DNA of 35,404 nt, from positions 1 through 35,404 of IMG/VR virus record IMGVR_UViG_3300017766_001853; one strand, given 5' to 3'. This stretch comes from a virus. Taxonomy: Duplodnaviria; Caudoviricetes. The notes beneath the pieces are model-generated. The model saw only the letters and a list, made by a program, of their open reading frames with translations. It was not told the origin of the DNA and did not search any database. A program made the position numbers and the translations under genes. Shown here piece by piece: positions 9,901 through 18,656 of the stretch (positions are counted from its first letter, which is position 1; each line of letters starts with the position of its first letter).

Positions 9901-12900
9901 GAGTACTCTGCGCTTGAGCAGGAAGAGAAGCTGCAAGGCATTGCTCGGGAAGAAGAGCAGGCTCGCCAAACAGAGCTTGCGGCCATTGCCAAGTACGAGC
10001 AGCAGTTTGCTGAGATGGAGCGTGAGGAGGCACAGCGTACGGCGGACATTGCTGCCGAAGAGCTGGCCATCATGCAGGAGATGTCCAAGGAGGAGGCCAA
10101 GCCTCTGTCCGAGCGCCAGGGGCTTTCTGACCAGCAGAAGGTTGCCATGTACCTGATGGCGCGGGAAGTCATCCCGACGCTCATTGCGCAGCGCAAGCGC
10201 CTGCCCCGTAACCAGCAGCCGCCTAACCTGCGTCAGGCGCTGAAGGAGTACTTTGCGCTAGAAGACGAGTTGCGCCGCAAGTACCCGGATGCTGAAGACT
10301 GGAAGCGCAAGCGCCTAGGAAAGCCAACTCAGCCGTTCCAAAAGCCTACACCCCGTAAGGATGTAGCCCCCAAGAAGGGCGAGACGGCTTTGCAGGCTGA
10401 GATTCGTGGCAAGTACGGCTCGGACCTGGAAACGCTGGGCGAAGAGCAGCGACTGTTGGCCGACTCACGCAAGGCAATCGCGTCCATCTTCAAGGCAGTC
10501 AAAGACAAGGCTGACCTTCCGCGCAACGTTGGAGCAGGAGCATTCGCTCCAGTTGCTGAGTTCAGCAAGCGAACCGCCGGAGCCCGATCCACGACTGGGG
10601 GGCAGCGCCAAGCGCCGTTTACATCCGTCAACGGAAGAAGCCTGGAAGACATCGCGGCGGAGATCTACACAGACCACACGGCTGCGCAAAAGCTCCGCAA
10701 GAACCGTGGAGACAAAGTGCAGGTTGCACGCCTAGAAGCAAAGGTCGCCGACAACCTGAAGCTGCTTGATCGCATCTCCAACACGCAGAAGGCGCGCATC
10801 AACAAGATTAGCGACATCAAGCGCGAGGTGCGAGCTAAGTCTGGTATCGCAGCTCCAACCTTTGGGCGCGACAAAGCCAAGCCTGCCGCCGCCACCGAGG
10901 CTGCCCAGCAGCAGCCTGCGCAAGAGCAGACTCAGGCTCAAGAGCAGGCTGAGACTAAGCCCGCTGAGGCTACTGAAACACAGCAACAGCAAGAGCAGGA
11001 GCAGACGCAGGAACAAGAGCAGCAGACCGTCGAGTTTGACCCTGAGACGTTTGAGCCTAGCGATGACGCCCTGGAGGTTTTGTCGTCCGAGCCTACTCTC
11101 AATGAGGCATACCGCGCAGCAGTAGCCGAGGCAGGAAACGAAGGCCTTGCATTCTTCAGCGGCTACTTGCCGCAAGACGCAAGTGACAAGCAGATGGACG
11201 CGATGGAGGTCCTGCGGGAAAAGTACGAAGAAGGCGTGCAAGAATTTGCTGACGCAGCCGACATTCGCCGCATTCTGTATACAGACCAGCTTGCAAAGCC
11301 ACCCGAATCAGTCGTGGCCTACCGCGTTGACACCACTTCTGGTGTCCCCGAGATTGATGTGATTGCCGTAAACGTGGTCACCGGAGCAGTTCGCCTTGTG
11401 CCAAGGCAGGAAACTGCTGACCACGTTTCCAAGCGACCCGACGCAGAGGTTGAGCGCAGCTTCAATATGCGCCTAGAGGGACTACTGGAAGACTATCGCC
11501 GCGAAACCCGTGGCGAGCGCCAGCAGCAACAACAGCAGGACGAGGAAGGCGACGAGGAAGCGCCAGCCCCTAGCGCCTCTGTAAGTCCACTGGAAATCCC
11601 AGGCATGCAGCCGATGGAGGTGTTTTCCTTCGGCGGTCGCGTCATGGCCGTAATTGACATTGACGGGCAGAAGGTTCCGTTCTACAGAAGCTCTGGAAAA
11701 AACAAAAAGCCTGGCGTATCAGGCGGCCTCTGGTACCCGTTCATGGGAGTGACGGCGTCAGAGAACGGTGAAGTTACATGGATTGCCAAAACCAGCGACG
11801 TTGGGAACTTCTACGGAATTGAAAAACTAAAGCAGGCCGCTGAGTTCTTGAACAACAAGTACTCAATGGAAGCCATGGCGGATGACTCGGTCCCCAACGT
11901 CGCAGCGGAGGGCATGAAGGCCGGTGTTCACAAGACTGGGAAGAACGCCAAGACGCGCACCGCTGAGTACCTAAACTCCCTTACCGGGTATGGGATGGAT
12001 TACCATCCAAGCCGCAAAGACAAGGACGGGGACCAGAAGTTTACTGATTTCTCCAAGCAGTACCTGTCGCGGCTTTCACAGGCTTTGTCAGCCCAGAAGC
12101 CAGCCCCTGCGGCGGCTAGAACCGGCGTCCCAACTACCGCAGAAGAACAAATCCAAGCCGGCATTGACTTCCTTGGCAACGAGTCTACGGCTGGAAGGAC
12201 GGAGCTGTACATCAAACTGCCACAGCTCGCCTCTATGGCGTCTGTTGTCCCGCTTCCTGGGTTTGGTCCGTCGTTTATCCGTGTCCCATCTGGTCCTGAT
12301 GGCAAGCCCATGAAGATCGAGGTGATGTACATGCTGATCAACTGGGGATCAATCACCCCATCGCACACATACAGCCAAGGAAAATTCAGAAAGAACAAAG
12401 ACGGCGACATCAACGAACGCCCGTACGACGATCCCGAGGCGGGCAAGAACTTGCGCCGCGACTTCGAGGCCAACCTCGAAAACTTTGACCCGGCGTTTGT
12501 TTTGTCCACGGACAACACCGCAGTCAATGGCCCGCCTGTAATCACAGCACGGGGCGTTGTCCTGGGGGGCAACTCTCGCGCGATGATGTTGCAGTCCCTT
12601 AGCCGTGAGCAGCGAGATGCGTACGAAAAGGCGCTCAAGGACACTGTCTCGTCTTTGCCGTATTTTGCTGACAAGGAGTACAAAGACTTTGATCCGTTTG
12701 GTGGCACGGTTCTCGTCCGCGTCATCAAGCCTGGTCAGCAAGGCAAGCCTGGCGAGCTGTCTCCGTTCCTCAACGAGTCGTTCACTGCCAGCCGCGAGGT
12801 CAATGCACGCGCCACTTCGCGGGGCGCACGCCTCAAGCCCGAGACTGCATCCCAGCTTTCCAATGTCATTGGCGACCTGACCATGCGAGGTGCCTTGGGC

Positions 12901-15900
12901 GTGCCTAACAAAAGCGTCGAAATCCAGCAGTTGTTGTTGGGCGACGGCGTGTTCACTGAACGCGAGCTTGATGCCTTGCGCGACAAGAAGGGCCAGCTTA
13001 CGGACCAGGGCCGCTCAGAAGTTGAGATGGCCGTGCTCGGCGCTGTCGTTAACGATGTGCGCGTCATGTCTGAGGTCGAGCCCAGCACGATGCAGAAGAT
13101 CGTTGGCTCAGTTGCCCCGCTCTTGCGGATCATGGCGGCGGACCCGTCATCCCGCCAGTCCATCGAGAACGCTATCGACGTGCTGAACTACATGAAGGCC
13201 AACGACATCAGGCTCGACGAGCTTGATCGTCAGCAGTTTGCCTTCACAGATAAGCAGGCCTGGCGCGACGACCAGCTCGCCAAGGATCTTGCGGCCATTA
13301 TGAGCCTCGGCAAGCTGAACGCCGCCAAGGCCCTTTCCCGCATCGCTGTCGAGGCTGAGGCTGCTGGCACCAACCAGGGCGACATCTTTGCTGTTATCGA
13401 GCCCGGCAAGCCCAAGCTAAGCGCAGCCGAGACTGTGCGCGAAGAAGCCCGCCAGATCAACAGCCGCGATAAGGATGAACGCGCTGGAGAGGCCAAAACA
13501 CAGAGCGGCTTCAAGCCCATCTTGTCTCCGTCAGAAATCCCTGAGGGCTTGAACCTAGACCTGGACATCAACATCCAGCAGCTGACAGACATGGCTCGTT
13601 CCTATGAGGCGCAGACAGACCCGCTGGTCAAGTCGGCAATTGAGTCCCAATACAACCGCCTCGCCAACCTTATCATCAAGAAGGTCAAGGATGCCCAGGC
13701 CAAGAACAAGGACAAGTTCTTCAAGCCTCTCTACGAATCCGTCATTACCAAGGTCACCCAACGCGCCAACGTAGCTAACCACCCACGCCTAGGCGATGGC
13801 CTGGCCAAGAAGGGTGGCGGCGATGTCATGTTCAGCCGTCGGCTCGTGGAGACGGAAGACGAGCGCTTGCTGCGACTCGCTACACGCAAGCCGGAAGAAC
13901 TGCTGCGCGTGTCGTCGTCCACCGAGCAAGGCCGTCGTGAAGGCGCTGGCGCTGTCGGCTTCTTGAACTCTGTCTACGAGAACGCTGTTGACGCCGAGGC
14001 CGCGCTGCGAGAAGTCGAGCGCAAGATCTCTGAGTCAGCTGATGCCCAGGCAAAGCTCATTGCTGAAGGCAAGCTGCCTGACGACGTGGAGCGCTACAAC
14101 TACAACAGCGCCAAGCATGCTGTTAGCGACATGCTTGACCTGTACCGTGGACGTATCGGCGAGAACAACAAGATCGCCATGCAGTTCCGGCAGGACATGA
14201 TTGATGCCGCCAAGAAGCACGGCATCCCCATCACGCCTGAAGATGCTGCTGACACGGACATGGTCAGCGCAGAGGACTACCTGTACGCTACGCACGCAGA
14301 AGAGGCAAACAAGGCCATTGCGTATGACCGCGCAGAGGAGCGGTTCGACAAGTCCAAGCGCGGCAAGGACATCAAGAAGGAGATCCGCAAGCTGCGTAGC
14401 TTTGTCGTTGGCGAGCGCGGCAAGTCCAAGCGCGACGATGGCAAGGACCCGGACTTCGACAAGATCGACGAAGCGCTGGCCAAGATTCAAGAGCTTGAAG
14501 CTGAGCGCGATGCGGTGGTGAAGGGTGAGGTTGACAACTCCTACGTCCAAGCCAAGGCCGCTAAAGCAGAGATTGCCAAGCTAGAAGCTGACATCAAGCT
14601 GCTTCCCAAGGACTCCTCTGCGCGTAATCGCCTGGAGGTTGACCTCAAGGAACAGCGTGACCTGTTGGCTGAGTCGACCAAGGATCACTCTGGCTCCGGC
14701 ATGACGGACGAACAGGCCAGGGAGATCCTTGACCGCGTCAACAAGTCGCCTGAGGGCACAAAGCTCAACGGCGCGATTGCTGGCTACAAGGACATTCGCA
14801 CGGCTATGACCGGCTTGCAGGCTGCGAAGCTCAAGATCCAAGTGGACTCGGGCCTCGTCGACCCTGACACGGCGGACAAGTGGCGCGAACGGTATGGCCC
14901 CAACTATGTACCGCTGAAGAGCACGATCCGCCCGCCTGATGGCAACGGGTTTGGCTCTAGTGGATTCAGCATCAAGGGCAAGGAGACCGAGTCCCGTAAG
15001 GGCCGCGCTACCTTGGCTGATGATCTGATTGGCCACTCACTGGTTGACTTCTCGCACGCTAACAGCCGTGCCATGAAGAACCTGGTGATGAACTCGTTTG
15101 TACGCTTGGCTGAGTCAAACTCCAAGCTGAGCATCTGGACCGTTGTCGGCACACGCAAAGACTGGGAGAAGGGTCTCAAGAGCGGCCTGTACGACGAGCG
15201 CGACAACCGTCGCATTGTGTCGGTCAAGCGCACTCAGACCTATGAGGATCCGTTCACTGGCGAGCTTGCAACTCGAACCACTGAGCGCATCGTCTTGGTC
15301 AACGACGAAGGCCTTGCGCGAGCCCTCACGCAGATGGACGGCATCGACATGGGCTCGTTCACGGCTGGTGCGATTCGCGCTACGCGATTGTTCACCAAGA
15401 TGCAGACGGCATGGAACCCTGCGTTCATCCTGCCGAACTTTGCTCGTGACGTGCTGTTGGCTGTCGGCATCCGCTACACAGACAACGGCCTCGGTGCCTC
15501 GCGCAGACTCGTTGCCAACATCGTTCCCGCTCTGCGCACCATCCTGGCCGTGGAACTGGGCAGCACAGCTATCGGCAAAGCTCTTGGCTTTGACAAGATG
15601 AAGGCTGGCAAGTTTGACCTGGAGTACCGCGAGCTTCGCAACCTAGGCGGCTTCTCCAGCCCCGTCGATTACGGCACCGTGACAGAGCAGATGGATCGCC
15701 TCCGCAAGGAATCGGCCCGTCCTAGCAGCGTCTACGGCAAGGCTGTTGAGTCTCAGCGTAATGCAGCCAAGAACCTGTTTGAGTTCGTGGAAGCCATCAA
15801 CACGGTCGTTGAGCGGGCCACGCGCTTGGCTGCATATGTCGAGTTTGACGAGACGATGGCTCAGGACGCAGCAACTTCCGGCAAGCGCTACATGCGCGGG

Positions 15901-17070
15901 TCAGAGAAGATCAAGCGTGCTGCCGCCACCAAGAACCTGACGGTCAACTTCGACCGCCGTGGTCGCGCTGGCCACATCCTGAACTCGCTGTATGCGTTCT
16001 ACAACGCAAACGCCCAGGGTACAGCCAACTTGATTCGCCGCGTTGGACCTAGCGCAACGCCCGAGCAACGTATGCGTGCAGGCATCGCCATCGCGTTCCT
16101 GTCTACGGCAGGCTACGCCATGTCGCTGCTGGCTCGCGCCATGGGCGATGACGACGAGCAGGGCGAAGAGGCATACAAGGGCCTCGCTGCCGACGAGCTA
16201 CAGAAGAACATGGTCATCATGTTGCCTGGAGCCAAGAGTTCCAGACTGACAGTGCCCCTTCCCTGGGGTATGAACATGGCCTATTTCGCTGGCGTTCAGA
16301 TGGAGCGACTGGCCTCTGGCCAGATTGATGCACAGACAGCAGCCGAAGAGTACACAAGCGGTTTGCTTGGCTCGTTCTCTCCGATCACTGGCCCCACTGC
16401 ATCGCTGGCCATCGTGCCGACGCTGGCTCGTCCGTTCGCGGAAATCACTGCGAACATGAACTACGCTGGCAACACGATCATGCCGCCTGTTGACCCGTAC
16501 GATAAGACGCCTCTGCCTGACAGCCGTCGCGCCTACCGTACTGTTGGTGCTCAGTCCCGTTGGGTGGCTGAGACTCTCAACGACTTCACTGGCGGAGACG
16601 AGCGTACGTCAGGCATCATCGACGTGTCGCCCGAGTCCATCGAGCACATCGCCGAGTTCATGTCTGGTGGAGCTGGCCGCTTCGTGCAGAACGCATTCGG
16701 CCTTGACCTGTCCCGCGAGGAACGCCAGATCCGCGACATCCCCGTTGCCGGTGCTATTGCCGGTCGCTTCGTGCGTGAGTCCGACACCAACCAGCGGACC
16801 ATCACCGAGTACTACGCCAACACCGACAAGGTGGCTCGCCTGCGCGAGGACCTCAAGGACCCACGCACCAGATCCGAGTCTATGTCAGACCCGCTCCGTG
16901 CTGTTGACCGCTACGCCACGGCCATCGAGGGCAAGCTACGCAAGCTCAAGGACGCCGAGCGCCGCGCTCAGAACTTTGGCAACGCAGAGATGGTGAAAAA
17001 TCTGTCAGCTCAGCGCATCCAGCTGATGCAAAGCTTCAATCGCCGCTACAATCAAGTCTCCGAACGCTGA
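6985..17070 (+). CDS. Large polyvalent protein (3361 aa), probable major ejection protein
   Basis: Ala/Gly hydrophobic N-terminus; AGFYD...IFIN...FHELLH...EE zincin-like region (HELLH at 8383-8397); GPPVITARGVVLGGNSRAMML ddrB/ParB-like motif (~12300-12830); LPD38-like C-terminus (NLTVNFDRRG...LYAFYNANAQG...VPLPWG...PFAEITANMNYAGNTI). Confidence 0.8.
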   Translation: MQQQSPYHGLKNLDDAMAEGMERFQSVSQRFRDLADMGADQATVQREAKRLGYAPIAAGQDGKMVDYTDMVTRRADMTVGEHLQDVAAGFGRGLANLPADVASLAAIPFQAAGYDGVSNFANKYREGVNELIPTSNKYRTSIAEQVGGGLSTIAGAAAGGAGLARLGVKGATAAMASRGLTGEALAAAQRSTFASLAAKKSLQLMTVQGAGAEAGAAQAAGAGAGATILAAAGGAATAQLERFGSVKILGEIFGAGSQAAGRMTGGKALKSVAGGFAGEIGEEVVAAPISTIARSGYETDPFSKRLQQELEGTLKVAPLVILPFTAVHGIRASQMVRRDNELAKALPSKLAPKLEGVAEGQILDRQVRTVDEIRADNPELADQLERVGARISGPDGKPVKLNSSSAATQRVQALGEAITESGARVVYFEPEGEDAGDVAGFYDKDTATIFINSKQSENVQIMQGMFHELLHDIYQDSPGGLTQIHERLQQAFGDNYTKFMQKVANTYKDQKLTESEMTEEYVNNFLAQAMPGYMAMAVTSKDMFKMAAYRDPGLVFDISRILSNFLGRSMDKYTQREQAILAQRMENIANELQGDFAMDPNAAVKVDPMTAVRVAGEVSAAMQQALELRSQAIPEIRRALENPDVEVSPEGVVRRPVAVERTGGGGVGGMTFSDRLVSSSVASEGVNDMASKLYPGRTGPKLASDVYEVVDDPTAEGGGTKLRKIASAGDEYTPQIAADVKDAVSRDALYGEVKFDSNDIVINLAKRVMRLDIPAQYRALGRAIQKVAESTDRFAGAEADVGVDAEAGGEALAAQVAQLQEQLKSRKSLPAGSPERRAVQAQLDVIRERSNAYRRQTAARSSEEIRKQSERVKDIVSKMLAAEAIVKYGQDYSTLTDEQKNLVRIDAEKRLAGFTGVDDPGSMRMPFMRDTSAFRRGFNPERAAKPLEQRGEEASSEAAALATARREAEFEREYSALEQEEKLQGIAREEEQARQTELAAIAKYEQQFAEMEREEAQRTADIAAEELAIMQEMSKEEAKPLSERQGLSDQQKVAMYLMAREVIPTLIAQRKRLPRNQQPPNLRQALKEYFALEDELRRKYPDAEDWKRKRLGKPTQPFQKPTPRKDVAPKKGETALQAEIRGKYGSDLETLGEEQRLLADSRKAIASIFKAVKDKADLPRNVGAGAFAPVAEFSKRTAGARSTTGGQRQAPFTSVNGRSLEDIAAEIYTDHTAAQKLRKNRGDKVQVARLEAKVADNLKLLDRISNTQKARINKISDIKREVRAKSGIAAPTFGRDKAKPAAATEAAQQQPAQEQTQAQEQAETKPAEATETQQQQEQEQTQEQEQQTVEFDPETFEPSDDALEVLSSEPTLNEAYRAAVAEAGNEGLAFFSGYLPQDASDKQMDAMEVLREKYEEGVQEFADAADIRRILYTDQLAKPPESVVAYRVDTTSGVPEIDVIAVNVVTGAVRLVPRQETADHVSKRPDAEVERSFNMRLEGLLEDYRRETRGERQQQQQQDEEGDEEAPAPSASVSPLEIPGMQPMEVFSFGGRVMAVIDIDGQKVPFYRSSGKNKKPGVSGGLWYPFMGVTASENGEVTWIAKTSDVGNFYGIEKLKQAAEFLNNKYSMEAMADDSVPNVAAEGMKAGVHKTGKNAKTRTAEYLNSLTGYGMDYHPSRKDKDGDQKFTDFSKQYLSRLSQALSAQKPAPAAARTGVPTTAEEQIQAGIDFLGNESTAGRTELYIKLPQLASMASVVPLPGFGPSFIRVPSGPDGKPMKIEVMYMLINWGSITPSHTYSQGKFRKNKDGDINERPYDDPEAGKNLRRDFEANLENFDPAFVLSTDNTAVNGPPVITARGVVLGGNSRAMMLQSLSREQRDAYEKALKDTVSSLPYFADKEYKDFDPFGGTVLVRVIKPGQQGKPGELSPFLNESFTASREVNARATSRGARLKPETASQLSNVIGDLTMRGALGVPNKSVEIQQLLLGDGVFTERELDALRDKKGQLTDQGRSEVEMAVLGAVVNDVRVMSEVEPSTMQKIVGSVAPLLRIMAADPSSRQSIENAIDVLNYMKANDIRLDELDRQQFAFTDKQAWRDDQLAKDLAAIMSLGKLNAAKALSRIAVEAEAAGTNQGDIFAVIEPGKPKLSAAETVREEARQINSRDKDERAGEAKTQSGFKPILSPSEIPEGLNLDLDINIQQLTDMARSYEAQTDPLVKSAIESQYNRLANLIIKKVKDAQAKNKDKFFKPLYESVITKVTQRANVANHPRLGDGLAKKGGGDVMFSRRLVETEDERLLRLATRKPEELLRVSSSTEQGRREGAGAVGFLNSVYENAVDAEAALREVERKISESADAQAKLIAEGKLPDDVERYNYNSAKHAVSDMLDLYRGRIGENNKIAMQFRQDMIDAAKKHGIPITPEDAADTDMVSAEDYLYATHAEEANKAIAYDRAEERFDKSKRGKDIKKEIRKLRSFVVGERGKSKRDDGKDPDFDKIDEALAKIQELEAERDAVVKGEVDNSYVQAKAAKAEIAKLEADIKLLPKDSSARNRLEVDLKEQRDLLAESTKDHSGSGMTDEQAREILDRVNKSPEGTKLNGAIAGYKDIRTAMTGLQAAKLKIQVDSGLVDPDTADKWRERYGPNYVPLKSTIRPPDGNGFGSSGFSIKGKETESRKGRATLADDLIGHSLVDFSHANSRAMKNLVMNSFVRLAESNSKLSIWTVVGTRKDWEKGLKSGLYDERDNRRIVSVKRTQTYEDPFTGELATRTTERIVLVNDEGLARALTQMDGIDMGSFTAGAIRATRLFTKMQTAWNPAFILPNFARDVLLAVGIRYTDNGLGASRRLVANIVPALRTILAVELGSTAIGKALGFDKMKAGKFDLEYRELRNLGGFSSPVDYGTVTEQMDRLRKESARPSSVYGKAVESQRNAAKNLFEFVEAINTVVERATRLAAYVEFDETMAQDAATSGKRYMRGSEKIKRAAATKNLTVNFDRRGRAGHILNSLYAFYNANAQGTANLIRRVGPSATPEQRMRAGIAIAFLSTAGYAMSLLARAMGDDDEQGEEAYKGLAADELQKNMVIMLPGAKSSRLTVPLPWGMNMAYFAGVQMERLASGQIDAQTAAEEYTSGLLGSFSPITGPTASLAIVPTLARPFAEITANMNYAGNTIMPPVDPYDKTPLPDSRRAYRTVGAQSRWVAETLNDFTGGDERTSGIIDVSPESIEHIAEFMSGGAGRFVQNAFGLDLSREERQIRDIPVAGAIAGRFVRESDTNQRTITEYYANTDKVARLREDLKDPRTRSESMSDPLRAVDRYATAIEGKLRKLKDAERRAQNFGNAEMVKNLSAQRIQLMQSFNRRYNQVSER

Positions 17071-17071
17071 C

Positions 17072-17317
17072 ATGGTTCAAGACAAGACAATTGTTCTCGA
17101 CAAAGGGACTCTTATCCCCGTTGGCGTGGCAGCCGGGGTAGTCCTAAGCTTCGCATCTGCTACATTCTGGCTACAAGGCAGGCTGTCGGAGATCGACCGC
17201 AAGCTGGAACGGATCGACGCCCGCGTCCAAACAACGTGGGATCGCACAAGCATGGAGAACTGGGCGCTTCGCCTTGCTCGTGAAAACCCCACAGTCAGCG
17301 TCCCCGAGGTACGATAA
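17072..17317 (+). CDS. Small single-pass membrane protein (holin/antiholin-like)
   Basis: Hydrophobic LIPVGVAAGVVLSFASATFWL followed by a short coiled coil. Confidence 0.5.
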   Translation: MVQDKTIVLDKGTLIPVGVAAGVVLSFASATFWLQGRLSEIDRKLERIDARVQTTWDRTSMENWALRLARENPTVSVPEVR

Positions 17318-17545
17318 ATGGTTGCGATTCAAGCTGTGTTGACGAAGATCGTTGGCTCCTCCACTTGGTGGGTTAGCCTGTTGCTGCCCGTTCTGAAGGT
17401 GCTGCTGGAGAAGTTCGGCATCATCATCCCGTGGGAGGTTGTGATGGCTGGCCAAGGCGCGTACGGCGTCAAGGAAGCCGCCACCAAGCTCCAGCCTGTG
17501 GTTGCAGCCAAGATCGCTGCCGCAGCTGCTGCGCCCAAGGAGTGA
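17318..17545 (+). CDS. Small membrane protein, holin candidate
   Basis: 75 aa, hydrophobic N-terminal half (WWVSLLLPVLKVLL, FGIIIPWEVV), abuts the upstream stop, GAGGT upstream. Confidence 0.5.
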   Translation: MVAIQAVLTKIVGSSTWWVSLLLPVLKVLLEKFGIIIPWEVVMAGQGAYGVKEAATKLQPVVAAKIAAAAAAPKE

Positions 17546-17551
17546 TCTTCC

Positions 17552-17800
17552 GTGGTCGACAAGTCCTCAATGCCGTGCAACAAGCCCCGGCGGGCTGAGG
17601 CGGGCTCTTCCAAGAAGAGTGTCGTCAAGGCCTGTCAGGGAGGCAAAGAGAAGATCGTCCGTTTCGGCGACATCCACTTGTCGATCAAGAAGAACCAAGC
17701 CGACCGCAAGAAGTCCTACTGCGCCAGGAGCGGCGGCATCAAGGGCAAGTCTGACAAGTTCTCGGCCAACTACTGGTCGAGAAGAGCGTGGGACTGTTAG
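17552..17800 (+). CDS. Basic Cys-containing phage protein
   Basis: KIVRFGD...RKKSYCARS...SANYWSRRAWDC resembles a recurrent viral hypothetical family. Fits the operon spacing. Confidence 0.7.
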   Translation: MVDKSSMPCNKPRRAEAGSSKKSVVKACQGGKEKIVRFGDIHLSIKKNQADRKKSYCARSGGIKGKSDKFSANYWSRRAWDC

Positions 17801-17816
17801 GAAGGAGGTGATTAGA

Positions 17817-17864
17817 ATGAAGAAGTGCGGCACGAAGAAGGGCGGCAAGAAGATGCCCCGCTGA
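17817..17864 (+). CDS. 15-aa basic peptide MKKCGTKKGGKKMPR
   Basis: Near-perfect Shine-Dalgarno AAGGAGGTG (17802-17810), 6 nt before ATG. Ends just before the terminator. Confidence 0.6.
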   Translation: MKKCGTKKGGKKMPR

Positions 17865-17881
17865 TCTAGCCGATCAGAATC

Positions 17882-17920
17882 AAGACAACGCCAGGTCCCA
17901 CCGCCTGGCGTTTGTCTTTT
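17882..17920 (+). terminator. Intrinsic terminator ending the late operon, possibly bidirectional
   Basis: Stem ACGCCAGG (17888-17895)/CCTGGCGT (17904-17911) followed by TTGTCTTTT, between convergent genes. Confidence 0.8.
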
Positions 17921-18284
17921 AGGTCTGTACCCACTCCAGGGTGCTCTTGTCGTAGCGCATCCACAGGGCCTTGACCTCCCAGCGGTTGGACTTGTTCTTG
18001 GCCCAGCCGTGTACGAGGATCAGGCCGCCAGCCGCAGACCACATCGCGGCTTCCTCCGACTCCTTGATCTTGTTGACACGAGCCGACAGGTTGGACTTGC
18101 TAGTCGTTTGTACACCAATGATGTTTGTGGTGTCTCCGTCCAGCGCTTTCACGGCAACGATGTCGATTACGCCAAAAAGGTCTTGGCGAACCCTTGCGTG
18201 CTGGTTCCACCTCTCAACTACCTGAGCGGTGTATCCAAGATCTCTAAGCAGTTTAAGGCTACGCTGAGTCGGGCTTGTTGCCAT
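17919..18284 (-). CDS. PD-(D/E)XK-fold nuclease, Holliday junction resolvase-like
   Basis: LRDLGY...DLFGVIDIVAVK...IIGVQTTS pattern typical of Hjc-like phage nucleases. Confidence 0.7.
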   Translation of the reverse strand: MATSPTQRSLKLLRDLGYTAQVVERWNQHARVRQDLFGVIDIVAVKALDGDTTNIIGVQTTSKSNLSARVNKIKESEEAAMWSAAGGLILVHGWAKNKSNRWEVKALWMRYDKSTLEWVQT

Positions 18285-18313
18285 AAAGAAGAAGGGCCAG
18301 GTTTCCCTGGCCC
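18285..18313 (-). terminator. Intrinsic terminator
   Basis: Minus strand reads GGGCCAGG-GAAA-CCTGGCCC then TTCTTCTTT, 9 nt after the upstream stop. Confidence 0.75.
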
Positions 18314-18322
18314 CTTGGTAGC

Positions 18323-18583
18323 TCAGTTGCTGGAGCCCGCAACGAGCGGCTGAAGCGAACTATTGCAATGCAGCAAGGTCTTGCGAACCTCGTCGCTGGC
18401 TCCGTTCATCTTCGACGCTTCCAACATCTCGTCCATGATCTTGCCAACGCGGCGCAGCACTCGTGCTTTCTCGCGGTTGTCAAGCTTAGCAAGACGATCA
18501 GCCAGTTCCTTGCGGCGCTCCTCAGCGCTACGACGACGGCGGGTCTTCACGACAACGCCATCGGTGGTGGTAATGTTAGTCAT
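18323..18583 (-). CDS. 86-aa Arg-rich coiled-coil protein, possible nucleic-acid-binding regulator
   Basis: ATG 18583 lies 6 nt after a consensus -10 box. KTRRRRSAEERRK motif. Flanked by its own promoter and terminator. Confidence 0.7.
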   Translation of the reverse strand: MTNITTTDGVVVKTRRRRSAEERRKELADRLAKLDNREKARVLRRVGKIMDEMLEASKMNGASDEVRKTLLHCNSSLQPLVAGSSN

Positions 18584-18589
18584 GCGAGC

Positions 18590-18618
18590 ACTATATGTAG
18601 TGTAATCGTCAATGTCAA
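18590..18618 (-). promoter_or_regulatory. Sigma70-type promoter for a leaderless mRNA
   Basis: Minus strand TTGACA-17nt-TATAGT-gctcgc-ATG. Confidence 0.8.
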
Positions 18619-18623
18619 TACAC

Positions 18624-18656
18624 AAAAAAGTAGACCCGGCTCACAACCGGGCCTAC
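18624..18656 (-). terminator. Intrinsic terminator of the putative sRNA
   Basis: GTAGGCCCGG-TTGTGAG-CCGGGTCTAC-TTTTTT. The single imperfection is a G-U pair only on the minus strand. Confidence 0.85.

Noticed and set aside
10880-11030. Imperfect CAAGAGCAG repeats
   Set aside because: They encode a Q/E/T/A linker; no repeat-spacer structure.
7084-16996. Many antisense and alternate-frame ORFs inside the giant gene
   Set aside because: Shadow ORFs expected from GC-rich codon bias; no motifs or initiation signals.
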